This document shows positions 24,876-33,819 of a DNA stretch of 34,958 nt, piece after piece; the first letter of the stretch is position 1, and each line of letters begins with the position of its first letter. The notes under the pieces were generated by a model. That model was not told the origin of the DNA. It was given only the letters and a program-made list of their open reading frames with translations, and ran no database searches. This DNA comes from an uncultured Gammaproteobacteria bacterium (GTDB lineage: Bacteria > Patescibacteriota > Microgenomatia > UBA12405): positions 1 to 34,958 of the forward strand of contig CAYRMT010000002.1 of assembly GCA_964425635.1 (NCBI GenBank). Direction: 5' to 3'. The translations under genes and the position numbers were made by a program.

Positions 24876-24949
24876 GGTTGTTTAGCTCAGTTGGTTAGAG
24901 CGTTCCGTTCACATCGGAGAGGTCACAGGTTCGAGTCCTGTAACAACCA
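24876..24949 (+). tRNA. tRNA-Val (anticodon CAC)
   Basis: Manual cloverleaf: acceptor GGTTGTT/AACAACC, D arm GCTC-AGTTGGTTA-GAGC, anticodon arm TTCCG-TTCACAT-CGGAG, T arm ACAGG-TTCGAGT-CCTGT, discriminator A. CCA is not encoded. Confidence 0.9.
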
Positions 24950-27361
24950 CTTCTTAAAAAAATCCTTATTGTAAGCTTTAACTAAAACCTCCGTACCATA
25001 ATTCAATGCAGTAAAATTATTCGCGCATACGTCAACATAATTTTTCTGTTTTATTTCATTTTGATTTAACTCCAAAATTTCATTCATTTTCTGATAACTT
25101 ATTGCTGCACTTTCATTAATTTTAAAATTTCTTTTATTTCTATTTAATTTAATCAAACTATCAATCAAATCTTGATAACCATCAACAATTTTAAAACCTT
25201 TATTTGCCTCGTTTTTTGAACAACCAGTAACCAAAGACAACCAAACAGTTGCATTATTAATAATTTTTCCACTAATAATTGTTTCGTCCTTTCCTTTCCT
25301 AAAATCAAAAACATTTCTTATTAAAATTCTAGGCTGATTTTTGTCTAAAGATTTTAAAGCTTCCTTTAATTCTCTGCTATTTTTATTCGAGATCAATAAA
25401 GAGTTGATATCCTCTTTTATTAAAGATTTCAAAAATGAAATATTATTTTTATCATTAATAATTTTCCCATCAACTGGATTAATTTTAATATTATTAATCT
25501 CTCCATTAGAAATATTTTTTTCTAAATAAGACCAATTACTATTATCCGTATTTCCAAACACCACATGTATTAAACCATCACCATTCCCAACCAAATTAAT
25601 ATTACAAGATTTATAATTTTTATTTTTTATCATCACAAAACCATCATTATCGTTAACAGGGGATTCGTTGTCGCATTTAACCGAATAATCTACAGGAGAA
25701 CCAACAAAAACTACTAAATTATTACTCAAATCTTGAGATTCATTAATTATATCGACTTGACTCAAACCAATCTCAGTTATTACCTGATCAATTGTCTTAT
25801 CAATAATTTCTCTATGTCTACTTTTTATTTCAACAAAATTAGCCTTTCCATAATTCGCACTTTTAACCAAAACTGTACCATCTCCACTAGTCGAATACAA
25901 AAACTTATTAATTCTTCCATCCGGCCAAATCCCTAAAACATTATCAAAAACATTATTATTTTTAAGCTCAACCGAATCAATTGTTTTAAAATCACTACCA
26001 ACAAATAATTTTAAATTTATTCCAGAATTAGTATTGTTAATATTTTTATTTTTCAGAAAAGTATTATTCGTCTCCAATTTATCATTGCTCAAAATTTTCC
26101 CATTTTTACGTATATAATCAAAGGTAGGTAACAAATCTTTAATTACTGGCATATATTTTCTAACAGCTTCCATGTCTGTCTTAGTGGTTAATCCTTGAAT
26201 TTTTAATAAAATTTCTGAAGCAATCGAACCTATATTAGATAAATCGGATATTTGGCCACCATTCCAAACTTCATAAGCATTAACAGAACCTAAATTAGGA
26301 CTTCCTAAACTAATAACCTTTTCTAGTCTTGAATCATCACTATTATCCTCCGCCCAAATTCTTGAAACCAAACCACCCAAACTATGTCCAATCAAAATAA
26401 CTTTTTCATCATTTCTAATTTTTTGATTAATAAAATTATCCAAATCAGTAACAGTTTCATTTACTGATTTTCTCCAATCATAATTCCAAATATAAAAATC
26501 AATATTTTCTTCCAGGCCATTTTTCTTCAACGCATCCACTAAACCATTAAAATCTTTAACAAATGGCGTCATTTTCCACTGATCAGCACCAACTGATTTG
26601 TTGTAAACAATTGCATCTGTGTTCCAACTCGCCCCAAGCCCAGGAATAATAATTATCTTCGGCTTAACAGTAGAAGATTCAACATCATCATAGACAAAAT
26701 CCCCAACAATTAAATTATCAAACAAGTTTTTAGTTGGTCTTTGATAATAACTACCACCCCAATTATAAAAACCAAAACTCCCCGTTAAAATTGGATCATT
26801 TTCATCATTAATATTAATTATTAAAATTGAATCAAAATAAACCTTTATATTAGAATTATTTGCTTCAATTTTAATTTTATGTACTTCATTTTGAGTCAAC
26901 TTTATTTGATTTAGATCCGTAAATGTTGATAATTTCTTATATCCACCACTAGAGTTGTACTTCCATAAAACTATTTCTCCACCATCCTGAGGCCAAAATG
27001 AATCCTTAAATCTCAAATTTAATAAATAAAATTTATTTCTATCCTCAGAGACTCTAAAAACAATATTTTGATCAACACCACTTTCATTTAAAGAATCAAG
27101 CCTCATCGAATAGTCCGGTAAATTCCAAAAAGACTTAGCTAATAAAAAAGAATAACCACCATGCATTACCTCTCCTACAATCTGTTTATCGACAATTTTC
27201 CAACTTTCCTGACCAGAATTACCAGCAACAAAAAGCCAATTATCTAAACTATTTTCATCAAAGTTATCAGAAAAATAATTAACAGCTTCAATTTTTTTAA
27301 CACTACATATAAATGATAAAATTAAAAAGAAAATTAAAAATATTTTTGTTTTAATACACAC
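24923..27361 (-). CDS. secreted LamG/concanavalin-like lectin domain + LCAT-like alpha/beta-hydrolase (lipase/phospholipase-acyltransferase) multidomain protein
   Basis: GTG start and a signal peptide (KIFLIFFLILSFICSVKKIEA). The N-terminal ~220 aa beta-sandwich region (DNWLFVAG..WKIVDKQIVGE) is followed by KIIIIPGLGASWN, NYDWRKS (the YDWR signature of the LCAT family), nucleophile elbow LIGHSLGGLV, SGDGTVLVKSA (Asp) and SRHREII (His). The C-terminal ~270 aa is unassigned. The last 27 nt overlap tRNA-Val on the opposite strand. Confidence 0.75.
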   Translation of the reverse strand: MCIKTKIFLIFFLILSFICSVKKIEAVNYFSDNFDENSLDNWLFVAGNSGQESWKIVDKQIVGEVMHGGYSFLLAKSFWNLPDYSMRLDSLNESGVDQNIVFRVSEDRNKFYLLNLRFKDSFWPQDGGEIVLWKYNSSGGYKKLSTFTDLNQIKLTQNEVHKIKIEANNSNIKVYFDSILIININDENDPILTGSFGFYNWGGSYYQRPTKNLFDNLIVGDFVYDDVESSTVKPKIIIIPGLGASWNTDAIVYNKSVGADQWKMTPFVKDFNGLVDALKKNGLEENIDFYIWNYDWRKSVNETVTDLDNFINQKIRNDEKVILIGHSLGGLVSRIWAEDNSDDSRLEKVISLGSPNLGSVNAYEVWNGGQISDLSNIGSIASEILLKIQGLTTKTDMEAVRKYMPVIKDLLPTFDYIRKNGKILSNDKLETNNTFLKNKNINNTNSGINLKLFVGSDFKTIDSVELKNNNVFDNVLGIWPDGRINKFLYSTSGDGTVLVKSANYGKANFVEIKSRHREIIDKTIDQVITEIGLSQVDIINESQDLSNNLVVFVGSPVDYSVKCDNESPVNDNDGFVMIKNKNYKSCNINLVGNGDGLIHVVFGNTDNSNWSYLEKNISNGEINNIKINPVDGKIINDKNNISFLKSLIKEDINSLLISNKNSRELKEALKSLDKNQPRILIRNVFDFRKGKDETIISGKIINNATVWLSLVTGCSKNEANKGFKIVDGYQDLIDSLIKLNRNKRNFKINESAAISYQKMNEILELNQNEIKQKNYVDVCANNFTALNYGTEVLVKAYNKDFFKKWLLQDSNL

Positions 27362-27388
27362 AATTTAAATGTAAATTATTTATCAAAT

Positions 27389-28249
27389 ATGTCAACAAGT
27401 GAAAATACCAGTTTAATAATAGTAAATTACAATTCCTCACAAAATACAAATAAATTGCTTTTATCTCTTAAAAAATATTTTTATTTGGGTATAAACGAAA
27501 TTATTATTGTTGATAATAATTCTAAAGATATCAAAAATTTAAACACAAACGATTCAAGGGTAAAACTAATTAAAAATAATAAAAATTTTGGATTTGCCAA
27601 GGCTGTAAATCAAGGAATTAAAGAATCAAGAAATAATTTTTTAATTTTATTAAATCCAGATACCACCATTATCAATGGTAATGTTTTAAAAACTATTAAA
27701 CTAATTAAAGATGATAAAAATATCGGAGTAATAGGAGGAAAAATAAAATATAAACATAAAAAAATATTCACAGCTAACAACACTCCAACATTTTTGACTG
27801 GTCTTTTTGAATTTACAAATCTCAAAAAAATATTCCCTAATAATAAATACACCTCAAATTTTTGGCCAGAAAAAAATCAAAAAATAACAAAACCAATAGA
27901 AGTATCGGGGATTTGCGGCGCTTATTTGATTTTTAGAAAATATGATAAAAAAAGGAAAATAAATTACTTTAATGAAGATTATTTTTTATATTTAGAAGAT
28001 TTAGATTTTTGTTTAGACATGAAATCTAAAGGTTTCAAAATCATTTTTGACCCGAGATCAGAAGTGTTTCATATAGGTGGAGCAAGTAGTAAAAATAAGT
28101 ACAATATGGCACTAAATCACTGGTATAAATCAAGAAAAATATTCTTTAAATCGCATTTAAACAGGTTTGAAGGTATAATATTAAATATAATATTCACAAT
28201 AGAAGAAATAATTTTAAAAACCCGCCTATCGATATTAAACCATGATTAA
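27389..28249 (+). CDS. family 2 glycosyltransferase
   Basis: SLIIVNYNS, EIIIVDNNSKD, FGFAKAVNQG and LLNPDT (DxD-like) motifs. Confidence 0.85.
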   Translation: MSTSENTSLIIVNYNSSQNTNKLLLSLKKYFYLGINEIIIVDNNSKDIKNLNTNDSRVKLIKNNKNFGFAKAVNQGIKESRNNFLILLNPDTTIINGNVLKTIKLIKDDKNIGVIGGKIKYKHKKIFTANNTPTFLTGLFEFTNLKKIFPNNKYTSNFWPEKNQKITKPIEVSGICGAYLIFRKYDKKRKINYFNEDYFLYLEDLDFCLDMKSKGFKIIFDPRSEVFHIGGASSKNKYNMALNHWYKSRKIFFKSHLNRFEGIILNIIFTIEEIILKTRLSILNHD

Positions 28250-29015
28250 AAAACGACACATCTCCATTCTTCTTCTCACTAAAAACGAAGAATCAAACCT
28301 TCAAAAATATTGGACTTGGTTGGATCAATCTAAAACCATCAACGAGATAATCGTTATTGACGATAACTCCACCGACAAAACCAAAGAAATTTTAAAAAAA
28401 TTAGAAACTAAAAAAGTCAAAATTAAAATTTTTGAAAGGGGATTGGAAAATAATTTTTCCGACCAGCGTAATTTTGGCATCACTAAGACCAGTAATAATT
28501 GGATCCTCTGGCTCGATGCCGACGAGAAACCAAGCAAGAGTTTAATCCGATTTTTAAATCATATCGATAATCTTCAATATAAAAATTACGCATTCAAAAG
28601 GAATGATATTTTCATTGGCCACGAATTAAATCATGGCGAAAATGCCAACCAATATTTTCTAAGATTTTTCAACAAAAAATACGGTTGCTTTGCAAGAGCA
28701 GTTCATGAAGTTTGGCAAACTCCAAATAAAATTGAATATAAAAAATTACACATTCATCATTATCCACATCAATCTTTAAAATCTTTCATCAAAAAAATAA
28801 ATTTCTACACTGACATTCGTGCCCAAGAATTATACGATCAAAATCAAAAAAGTAATTTGTTCCAAATAATTTTTTACCCTTTCGGTAAATTTATCCAAGA
28901 CTATTTCTTTAAACTTGGATTTTTAGATGGCACTTCCGGAATTATTATGGCTCTTGGCATGAGTTTCCATTCATTTTTAGTCCGAGCTAAACTATGGCAT
29001 TTGTCACACCAATAA
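28242..29015 (+). CDS. family 2 glycosyltransferase (LPS-core KdtX/WaaE-like type)
   Basis: ISILLLTKNEESNL, EIIVIDDNSTDKT and WILWLDADE motifs. Overlaps the upstream GT2 gene by 8 nt. Confidence 0.85.
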   Translation: MIKKRHISILLLTKNEESNLQKYWTWLDQSKTINEIIVIDDNSTDKTKEILKKLETKKVKIKIFERGLENNFSDQRNFGITKTSNNWILWLDADEKPSKSLIRFLNHIDNLQYKNYAFKRNDIFIGHELNHGENANQYFLRFFNKKYGCFARAVHEVWQTPNKIEYKKLHIHHYPHQSLKSFIKKINFYTDIRAQELYDQNQKSNLFQIIFYPFGKFIQDYFFKLGFLDGTSGIIMALGMSFHSFLVRAKLWHLSHQ

Positions 29016-30070
29016 TTTATTTATCCACAATCATTGCCTTCTTTTTCGGCCAATTATTAAGAGTTGATATAAAAGGTATTTCATTTCCTTTAATAGATGT
29101 CTTTATTGCCGTTATTTTTTGTCTAAATATTTTTCAAAAAATAAAAACCAATGAATTTAAGGTAAAAAATAAATATTTACTTTATTTCTTAATTTTTGCT
29201 TGGCTCAGTTTTATTTTTAATTTCTTCAGATATCATTTTGACGTAATCAAACCAATTTTATATTTATTTCGACTAACTTTTCTACTCTCATTTTTTATTT
29301 TTCCACCAAAAATAGATAAAAAAATAAAAAGATTTTTCTATTTAATTATTTTCAGTAATGTCATTTTTGGTCTAGTTCAATATTTTTTCTGGCCAGATTT
29401 TACTAATTTCAAATATCTAAATTGGGATCCCCATTTATATCGTTTAATCAGTACCTTTTTTGATCCAACTTTCACTGCTTTAATCTATTTATTTTTCATC
29501 ATCATTGTATTTTTAAATAAAAAAATTCCTTTTAGAAAAACAATTTTAGTAATTTCATATCTAGCTATGGCTTTAACTTATAGTCGTTCCAGCTACATTT
29601 CTTTTTTTATCGCTTTCTCTTTTATTGCCTATCAAAAAAAGAATTTTAAAATTTTTATTTTCAGTTCTCTTTTAATTTTTTCCACTATTTTTTTATTACC
29701 CCGTTTTGAAGGCGAGGGGACCAAGCTTGAGAGAACTTCCTCTGTTTCGGCAAAAATTGAAAACTACAAAGAAGGGTTCCGTTTATTTTTAAAATCTCCA
29801 ATCATCGGTCATGGTTACAATAATCTTCCATATATTCGTCAAATCGACAATCCTAACTCTCACGCCAATTCTGGATTTGACGGATCACTAATGACGATTC
29901 TAACCACATGCGGCATAATCGGCATAATTCTTTTTATTTTAGGAATCAAAAACATTTTTGTTCAAAGCGGATTAACAACAAAAACAATTCTTATCTCTGT
30001 TTTAATTCATTCCCTTTTTGCCAGCTCACTTTTATATCCCTGGATCCTAATCTTCTTTATTTTTATTTAA
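28994..30070 (+). CDS. O-antigen ligase / Wzy_C-like polytopic membrane protein
   Basis: About 10 TM helices, with the characteristic loop ALTYSRSSYISFFIA and periplasmic-type loops containing GHGYNN and HANSGFD. Confidence 0.7.
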   Translation: MAFVTPIIYLSTIIAFFFGQLLRVDIKGISFPLIDVFIAVIFCLNIFQKIKTNEFKVKNKYLLYFLIFAWLSFIFNFFRYHFDVIKPILYLFRLTFLLSFFIFPPKIDKKIKRFFYLIIFSNVIFGLVQYFFWPDFTNFKYLNWDPHLYRLISTFFDPTFTALIYLFFIIIVFLNKKIPFRKTILVISYLAMALTYSRSSYISFFIAFSFIAYQKKNFKIFIFSSLLIFSTIFLLPRFEGEGTKLERTSSVSAKIENYKEGFRLFLKSPIIGHGYNNLPYIRQIDNPNSHANSGFDGSLMTILTTCGIIGIILFILGIKNIFVQSGLTTKTILISVLIHSLFASSLLYPWILIFFIFI

Positions 30071-30783
30071 ATATCGTAAGTTATGGAGATCGTCTTTTTA
30101 GACTCATTTAAAGCTGTATCTTTTACTACTATTTGAATATCGTTCTTACCAGAATTTAATTGTATCTTAAGTTTAAAATTACCATCACTATCAACTACTG
30201 CTACCTTACCATTAATTGTCACATTCACTCCTTTTTCACTCTTTCCAGCAACATCAAAATCGGCCGAATCAACCGTTAAAGAATCTTCGCTTGGATTAGA
30301 CATTGTCAATTCCGGCGGTACGGTATCAAAAACAACTGAGACCACTTTTGAAAGCTCACTGCTTCCACCTTTTTCTTTAGTAGCTTTTGCTGAAAAATTA
30401 TTTTCTCCATCACTTAATTCCACATTTCCAAAAGAAAAATTTCCATCCGTTGTAACATCGGTCTTGCCAATCGATTGATCATTTTTAAGTAATTCCACCA
30501 CTGACCCTGCTTCAGCAAAACCATCTATTTGAATTTGACTACTACTCGTTGCCTCAAACGGAACTATCAAACGTGGAGCCAATGGAGGCACAATATTTTC
30601 GTTTGCAGTTTCTTTTTGACTTTTAGTATTACCCAAAAGAATCGAAAATTTAATTAAAAGAGGCAATCCAAAAACAACAATTAATACAAAAACAACAACT
30701 GTCAAAAAACCCATAAAAACGGTTTTTTTAGTTATCTGTTCATCCTTTTTTCTTTCTAATCTCGATCTTTTAAATTCTGGCAT
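30067..30783 (-). CDS. membrane-anchored surface protein with tandem bacterial Ig-like domains
   Basis: Basic N-terminus plus a TM helix (VFMGFLTVVVFVLIVVFGLPLLI). Two repeats follow with the pattern G.A..G..V.....G......DG.F......L..G.N (for example VTTDGNFSFGNVELSDGENNF and VVDSDGNFKLKIQLNSGKNDI). Confidence 0.55.
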   Translation of the reverse strand: MPEFKRSRLERKKDEQITKKTVFMGFLTVVVFVLIVVFGLPLLIKFSILLGNTKSQKETANENIVPPLAPRLIVPFEATSSSQIQIDGFAEAGSVVELLKNDQSIGKTDVTTDGNFSFGNVELSDGENNFSAKATKEKGGSSELSKVVSVVFDTVPPELTMSNPSEDSLTVDSADFDVAGKSEKGVNVTINGKVAVVDSDGNFKLKIQLNSGKNDIQIVVKDTALNESKKTISITYDI

Positions 30784-30870
30784 ACGTTTTTATATTATAC
30801 ATCATTTACATAATCCCTCCTTTTTTAAGGGAGGGGAAGTCAAAATTTTGGACTGGGTGGGTTTCACAAG

Positions 30871-30943
30871 AGCCGAAGGGGAGATTTGAACTCCCGACCC
30901 CAGCTTTACGAAAGCTATGCTCTACCAACTGAGCTACTTCGGC
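30871..30943 (-). tRNA. tRNA-Thr (anticodon CGT)
   Basis: Reverse complement GCCGAAG-TA-GCTC-AGTTGGTA-GAGC-A-TAGCT-TTCGTAA-AGCTG-GGGTC-GGGAG-TTCAAAT-CTCCC-CTTCGGC-T folds as a canonical cloverleaf. Confidence 0.9.
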
Positions 30944-30948
30944 GTGTG

Positions 30949-31019
30949 AGCGGCTAAAGAGAATCGAACTCTCGACCTATCCTTGGGAAGGATATGTTTT
31001 ACCACTAAACTATAGCCGC
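30949..31019 (-). tRNA. tRNA-Gly (anticodon CCC)
   Basis: Reverse complement GCGGCTA-TA-GTTT-AGTGGTA-AAAC-A-TATCC-TTCCCAA-GGATA-GGTC-GAGAG-TTCGATT-CTCTT-TAGCCGC-T. Lies 5 nt upstream of tRNA-Thr, so the two are probably co-transcribed. Confidence 0.9.
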
Positions 31020-31027
31020 ACCAAAAT

Positions 31028-31036
31028 ATTTTATCA
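31028..31036 (-). promoter_or_regulatory. extended -10 promoter for the tRNA-Gly/tRNA-Thr pair
   Basis: On the - strand TGATAAAAT (TGnTAAAAT) ends 8 nt before the tRNA-Gly 5' end. There is no good -35 element. Confidence 0.4.
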
Positions 31037-31039
31037 CGC

Positions 31040-31609
31040 CTATAGCTTTGGTATCTTAATTGTCATTCCAATTTCCAACAAACCAGCGTGTGGGATTATT
31101 GCTTTATTTTCTTTCCAAATATTTACCCACTTATACCCATCACCATAAGCATTGACTGCAATTTTCCATAAATTATCACCTCTAACTACTTTGTAGTCAC
31201 TTCCTTGATCAATTTTTTGACTAATTTTTTCTGTGGTCGGATTAGAAGTTACAGATGTTTCTATTATTGGCATTTTTAATTTTTGACCAACATAAAGCAC
31301 TGATGCATTTTTAAGATTATTTGCTTTTGCAATTTTTGACCAAACATAACCATCATTATATTTTTTCTCTGCAATTTTCCATAAATTATCACCTTTAACC
31401 ACGGTATAAGAATTTTCATCTTCTTGTTTTTGTTTAATTGCCTCTTCTGATAAAGTAATATCACTAGCCCCAGGAATTTCAACTGTACCCTTCTTTCTTT
31501 GAATAAAATTAAAAATCAAAGATACTATCACCACCATAATTGCCAACCCCAACAACATACTCACAAATTCTTCTGAAGATTTAAAATATTTTTTACCTGC
31601 TTTAAACAT
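31040..31609 (-). CDS. membrane-anchored protein with two LysM peptidoglycan-binding domains
   Basis: ATG at 31609 (the 31630 start in the ORF track is a TTG). TM helix LLGLAIMVVIVSLIFNFI, then two LysM repeats: YTVVKGDNLWKIAEKKYNDGYVWSKIAKANNL...VGQKLKMP and YKVVRGDNLWKIAVNAYGDGYKWVNIWKENK...IGMTIKIP. Confidence 0.85.
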   Translation of the reverse strand: MFKAGKKYFKSSEEFVSMLLGLAIMVVIVSLIFNFIQRKKGTVEIPGASDITLSEEAIKQKQEDENSYTVVKGDNLWKIAEKKYNDGYVWSKIAKANNLKNASVLYVGQKLKMPIIETSVTSNPTTEKISQKIDQGSDYKVVRGDNLWKIAVNAYGDGYKWVNIWKENKAIIPHAGLLEIGMTIKIPKL

Positions 31610-31693
31610 ATTTTTTATTATAAACAGCAACTAATAATTTTTGCTGAACTTATAATAATGTACAAAACAATTTTAAAATAGTCAATGTAGCTA

Positions 31694-31996
31694 TTACTTT
31701 CTTGTTCTAATTTCTATTTCAGAAAAAATATTTTCTCCTAAACTTCCAATAAATTTACATATGTTTCTAGTAAAAATCTCTAATGGTTCTATATTCAACC
31801 TATAAATTCTTTGTTTTCCTAAAACACGATTTTCTACCAACTTTGCTTTTCTTAAAATAGACAAATGATTAGATAAAGTTGCCTGAGTTATGTCAAAATT
31901 TTTCAACAACTCATTTACCGACATTTCCTTATTTTTTAACAAGGTTAAAATCCTCCTTCTATTAATATCGGCCATCGCCTTAAATATTTTATCCAT
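31694..31996 (-). CDS. ArsR/SmtB-family winged-helix transcriptional regulator
   Basis: FKAMADINRRRILTLLKNKEMSVNELLKNFDITQATLSNHLSILRKAKLV is the ArsR HTH signature. Confidence 0.85.
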   Translation of the reverse strand: MDKIFKAMADINRRRILTLLKNKEMSVNELLKNFDITQATLSNHLSILRKAKLVENRVLGKQRIYRLNIEPLEIFTRNICKFIGSLGENIFSEIEIRTRK

Positions 31997-32082
31997 GCTA
32001 GTATTATATCGACAAACATCAATATATTCAAAGCAATAATATCAACTTGATTATTAAAAATCTTTCAGAGAAAATAAACCAT

Positions 32083-32694
32083 ATGAAAAACTTTGATAAT
32101 AAACAAGAACAAACTTTAGTTATTGTCAAACCAGATGGCGTCCAAAGAGGATTGATTGGAGAAGTGATTAAAAGATATGAAACTTGCGGTCTTAAATTAG
32201 TTGCCTTAAAAATGTTGATTCCTGCCAAAGAATTAGCGCTCAAACATTATTCTACTGATCCAGATTGGGCCTTTAAAAGCGGCACCAAAGCTTTCGAATC
32301 CTACAAATCCAAAGGTTTAACACCTCCAGGAAATGATCCTGTCGAGTTTGCTGAAACTATCAGAAAAAAAATAGCGAATTTTATGAGCAGTGGACCAGTT
32401 GTAGCTATGGTCTGGCAGGGCATGGGGGCGGTTGCTGTCGTCAGGAAGATTACTGGCTCAACTGAACCATTAACCTCAGCTCCTGGCACCATCCGTGGTG
32501 ATTACACTATTGATTCTTATTCAGCATCAGATTTAGACGATCGTGCTGTTAGAAATATTATTCACTCATCCGGTTCTGTTGACGAAGCTTTAAAAGAAAT
32601 TCCAATTTGGTTTGATGAAAAAGAAATATTAAAATTCCGACTCATTTCAGAAGAAATTATCTACGACGTTAACCTCGACGGAATCCTGGAATAA
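32083..32694 (+). CDS. ndk: nucleoside-diphosphate kinase, long form with insertions
   Basis: ATG at 32083 (the 32047 start in the ORF track is a TTG). EQTLVIVKPDGVQRGLIGEVIKRYE, GTIRGDY and NIIHSSGS (catalytic His) motifs. A ~40 aa insertion follows HY, and a second insertion precedes the His. Confidence 0.9.
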   Translation: MKNFDNKQEQTLVIVKPDGVQRGLIGEVIKRYETCGLKLVALKMLIPAKELALKHYSTDPDWAFKSGTKAFESYKSKGLTPPGNDPVEFAETIRKKIANFMSSGPVVAMVWQGMGAVAVVRKITGSTEPLTSAPGTIRGDYTIDSYSASDLDDRAVRNIIHSSGSVDEALKEIPIWFDEKEILKFRLISEEIIYDVNLDGILE

Positions 32695-32701
32695 ACCAAA
32701 A

Positions 32702-33727
32702 TTAAAATTTAGTAAACAATTCAACCTCTCTTTTACTGCCAGTTACTACCGGACTTCTTTGATGAAGCGAACACGGTATCAAATCTAATATTCGATTATT
32801 ACCATCAATTGCCATACCCCCAGCTTGTTCTACAATAAAAGACATTGGATTTAATTCACAATTTAATCTAAGTTTCCCTTCAGACTTTCCGATTTCTTCT
32901 GGATAAACAAAAACTCCTCCTTTAAGTAAATTACGATGAAAATCAGCCACCAACGACCCTATATATCTAGCACCACACTGATCTTCATCTCTCGTTTTTA
33001 AATAATCAATATAGTTCTTAACATTTGAATTCCATTTACCACTATTACCTTCATTAACACTATAAATTTTTCCTTTTTCAGGAATTTTAATTCGAGAATA
33101 ACTTTCTGGTAACACAAATTCGCCCACACTAGGATCTAAAGTAAAACCATAAACTCCATTTCCAGCTGTATAAACCAACATGGTACTGGCTCCATATAAA
33201 AAATATCCAGCACACACTTGATTACATCCCGGCTGAATAAAATCTTTTTCATCAACTAAATCCTTTATGTCAGAAACTCTCTTGTAGATCGCAAAAATTG
33301 AACCTATGGAAACATTGGTATCAAAATTAGAAGATCCATCTAAAGGATCAAACCAAACTATATATTTCCCTTTTTCGTTTGGAGAAAAAGCCACAAAACT
33401 TTCTTCTTCTTCAGACGCAAATCCTGCTACATACGGATTTGAGCAAAGAACTTCTTTAAACTGTTCATTAGCCCTTTCGTCTAATTTTAAAACCGCTTCC
33501 CCTTGGACATTAAATTCTCCGGTTATACCATAAATATCTTTTATCCCCGCAGTATTTACTAAATAAGAAATTGATTTCGCTACTCGTGACAAATCAGTTA
33601 ATATCGATGTTAAAGCACCCGTAGCCTCAGGATGTGAAGCTTGTTCCTTGCGAAAATGTTCCTGAATATTCACAGGAAGATAATTTTTATTTATTTCTTG
33701 ACTATTTACTGCTTTCTCAATAGACAT
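32702..33727 (-). CDS. fbp: class 1 fructose-1,6-bisphosphatase
   Basis: DPLDGSSNFD metal-binding site, GYFLYGAST, RYIGSLVADFHRNLLKGGVF and GKLRLNCELNPMSFIVEQAGG motifs. The ATG at 33727 is preferred over the GTG at 33748. Confidence 0.9.
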   Translation of the reverse strand: MSIEKAVNSQEINKNYLPVNIQEHFRKEQASHPEATGALTSILTDLSRVAKSISYLVNTAGIKDIYGITGEFNVQGEAVLKLDERANEQFKEVLCSNPYVAGFASEEEESFVAFSPNEKGKYIVWFDPLDGSSNFDTNVSIGSIFAIYKRVSDIKDLVDEKDFIQPGCNQVCAGYFLYGASTMLVYTAGNGVYGFTLDPSVGEFVLPESYSRIKIPEKGKIYSVNEGNSGKWNSNVKNYIDYLKTRDEDQCGARYIGSLVADFHRNLLKGGVFVYPEEIGKSEGKLRLNCELNPMSFIVEQAGGMAIDGNNRILDLIPCSLHQRSPVVTGSKREVELFTKF

Positions 33728-33819
33728 CAACGAATAAGATACACCCACATTTTAACCACGTCAACATTTTCACATTCCAAAACACTAAAAATCACCTAAG
33801 ATTAGACAAATATTTAAAA

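Noticed and set aside
24923-24949. tRNA-Val considered a possible false positive because it overlaps the 3' end of the 812 aa ORF.
   Set aside because: The cloverleaf is canonical with an extended -10 promoter upstream. The overlap covers only the last 9 codons on the opposite strand and probably reflects where the first stop codon happens to fall.
30815-30835. Hairpin CCCTCC-N8-GGAGGG downstream of tRNA-Thr, considered as a terminator.
   Set aside because: On the - strand it is followed by AUUAUGUAAAUG rather than a U tract, and on the + strand no gene reads into it. It may still pause transcription, but the evidence is weak.
32035-32055. Imperfect palindrome AATAATATCAACTTGATTATT between arsR and ndk, considered as an ArsR operator.
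   Set aside because: Only the ATCAA-C-TTGAT core is perfect, and in such AT-rich DNA this can arise by chance. It also overlaps the rejected TTG start of ndk. It is not supportable without binding data.
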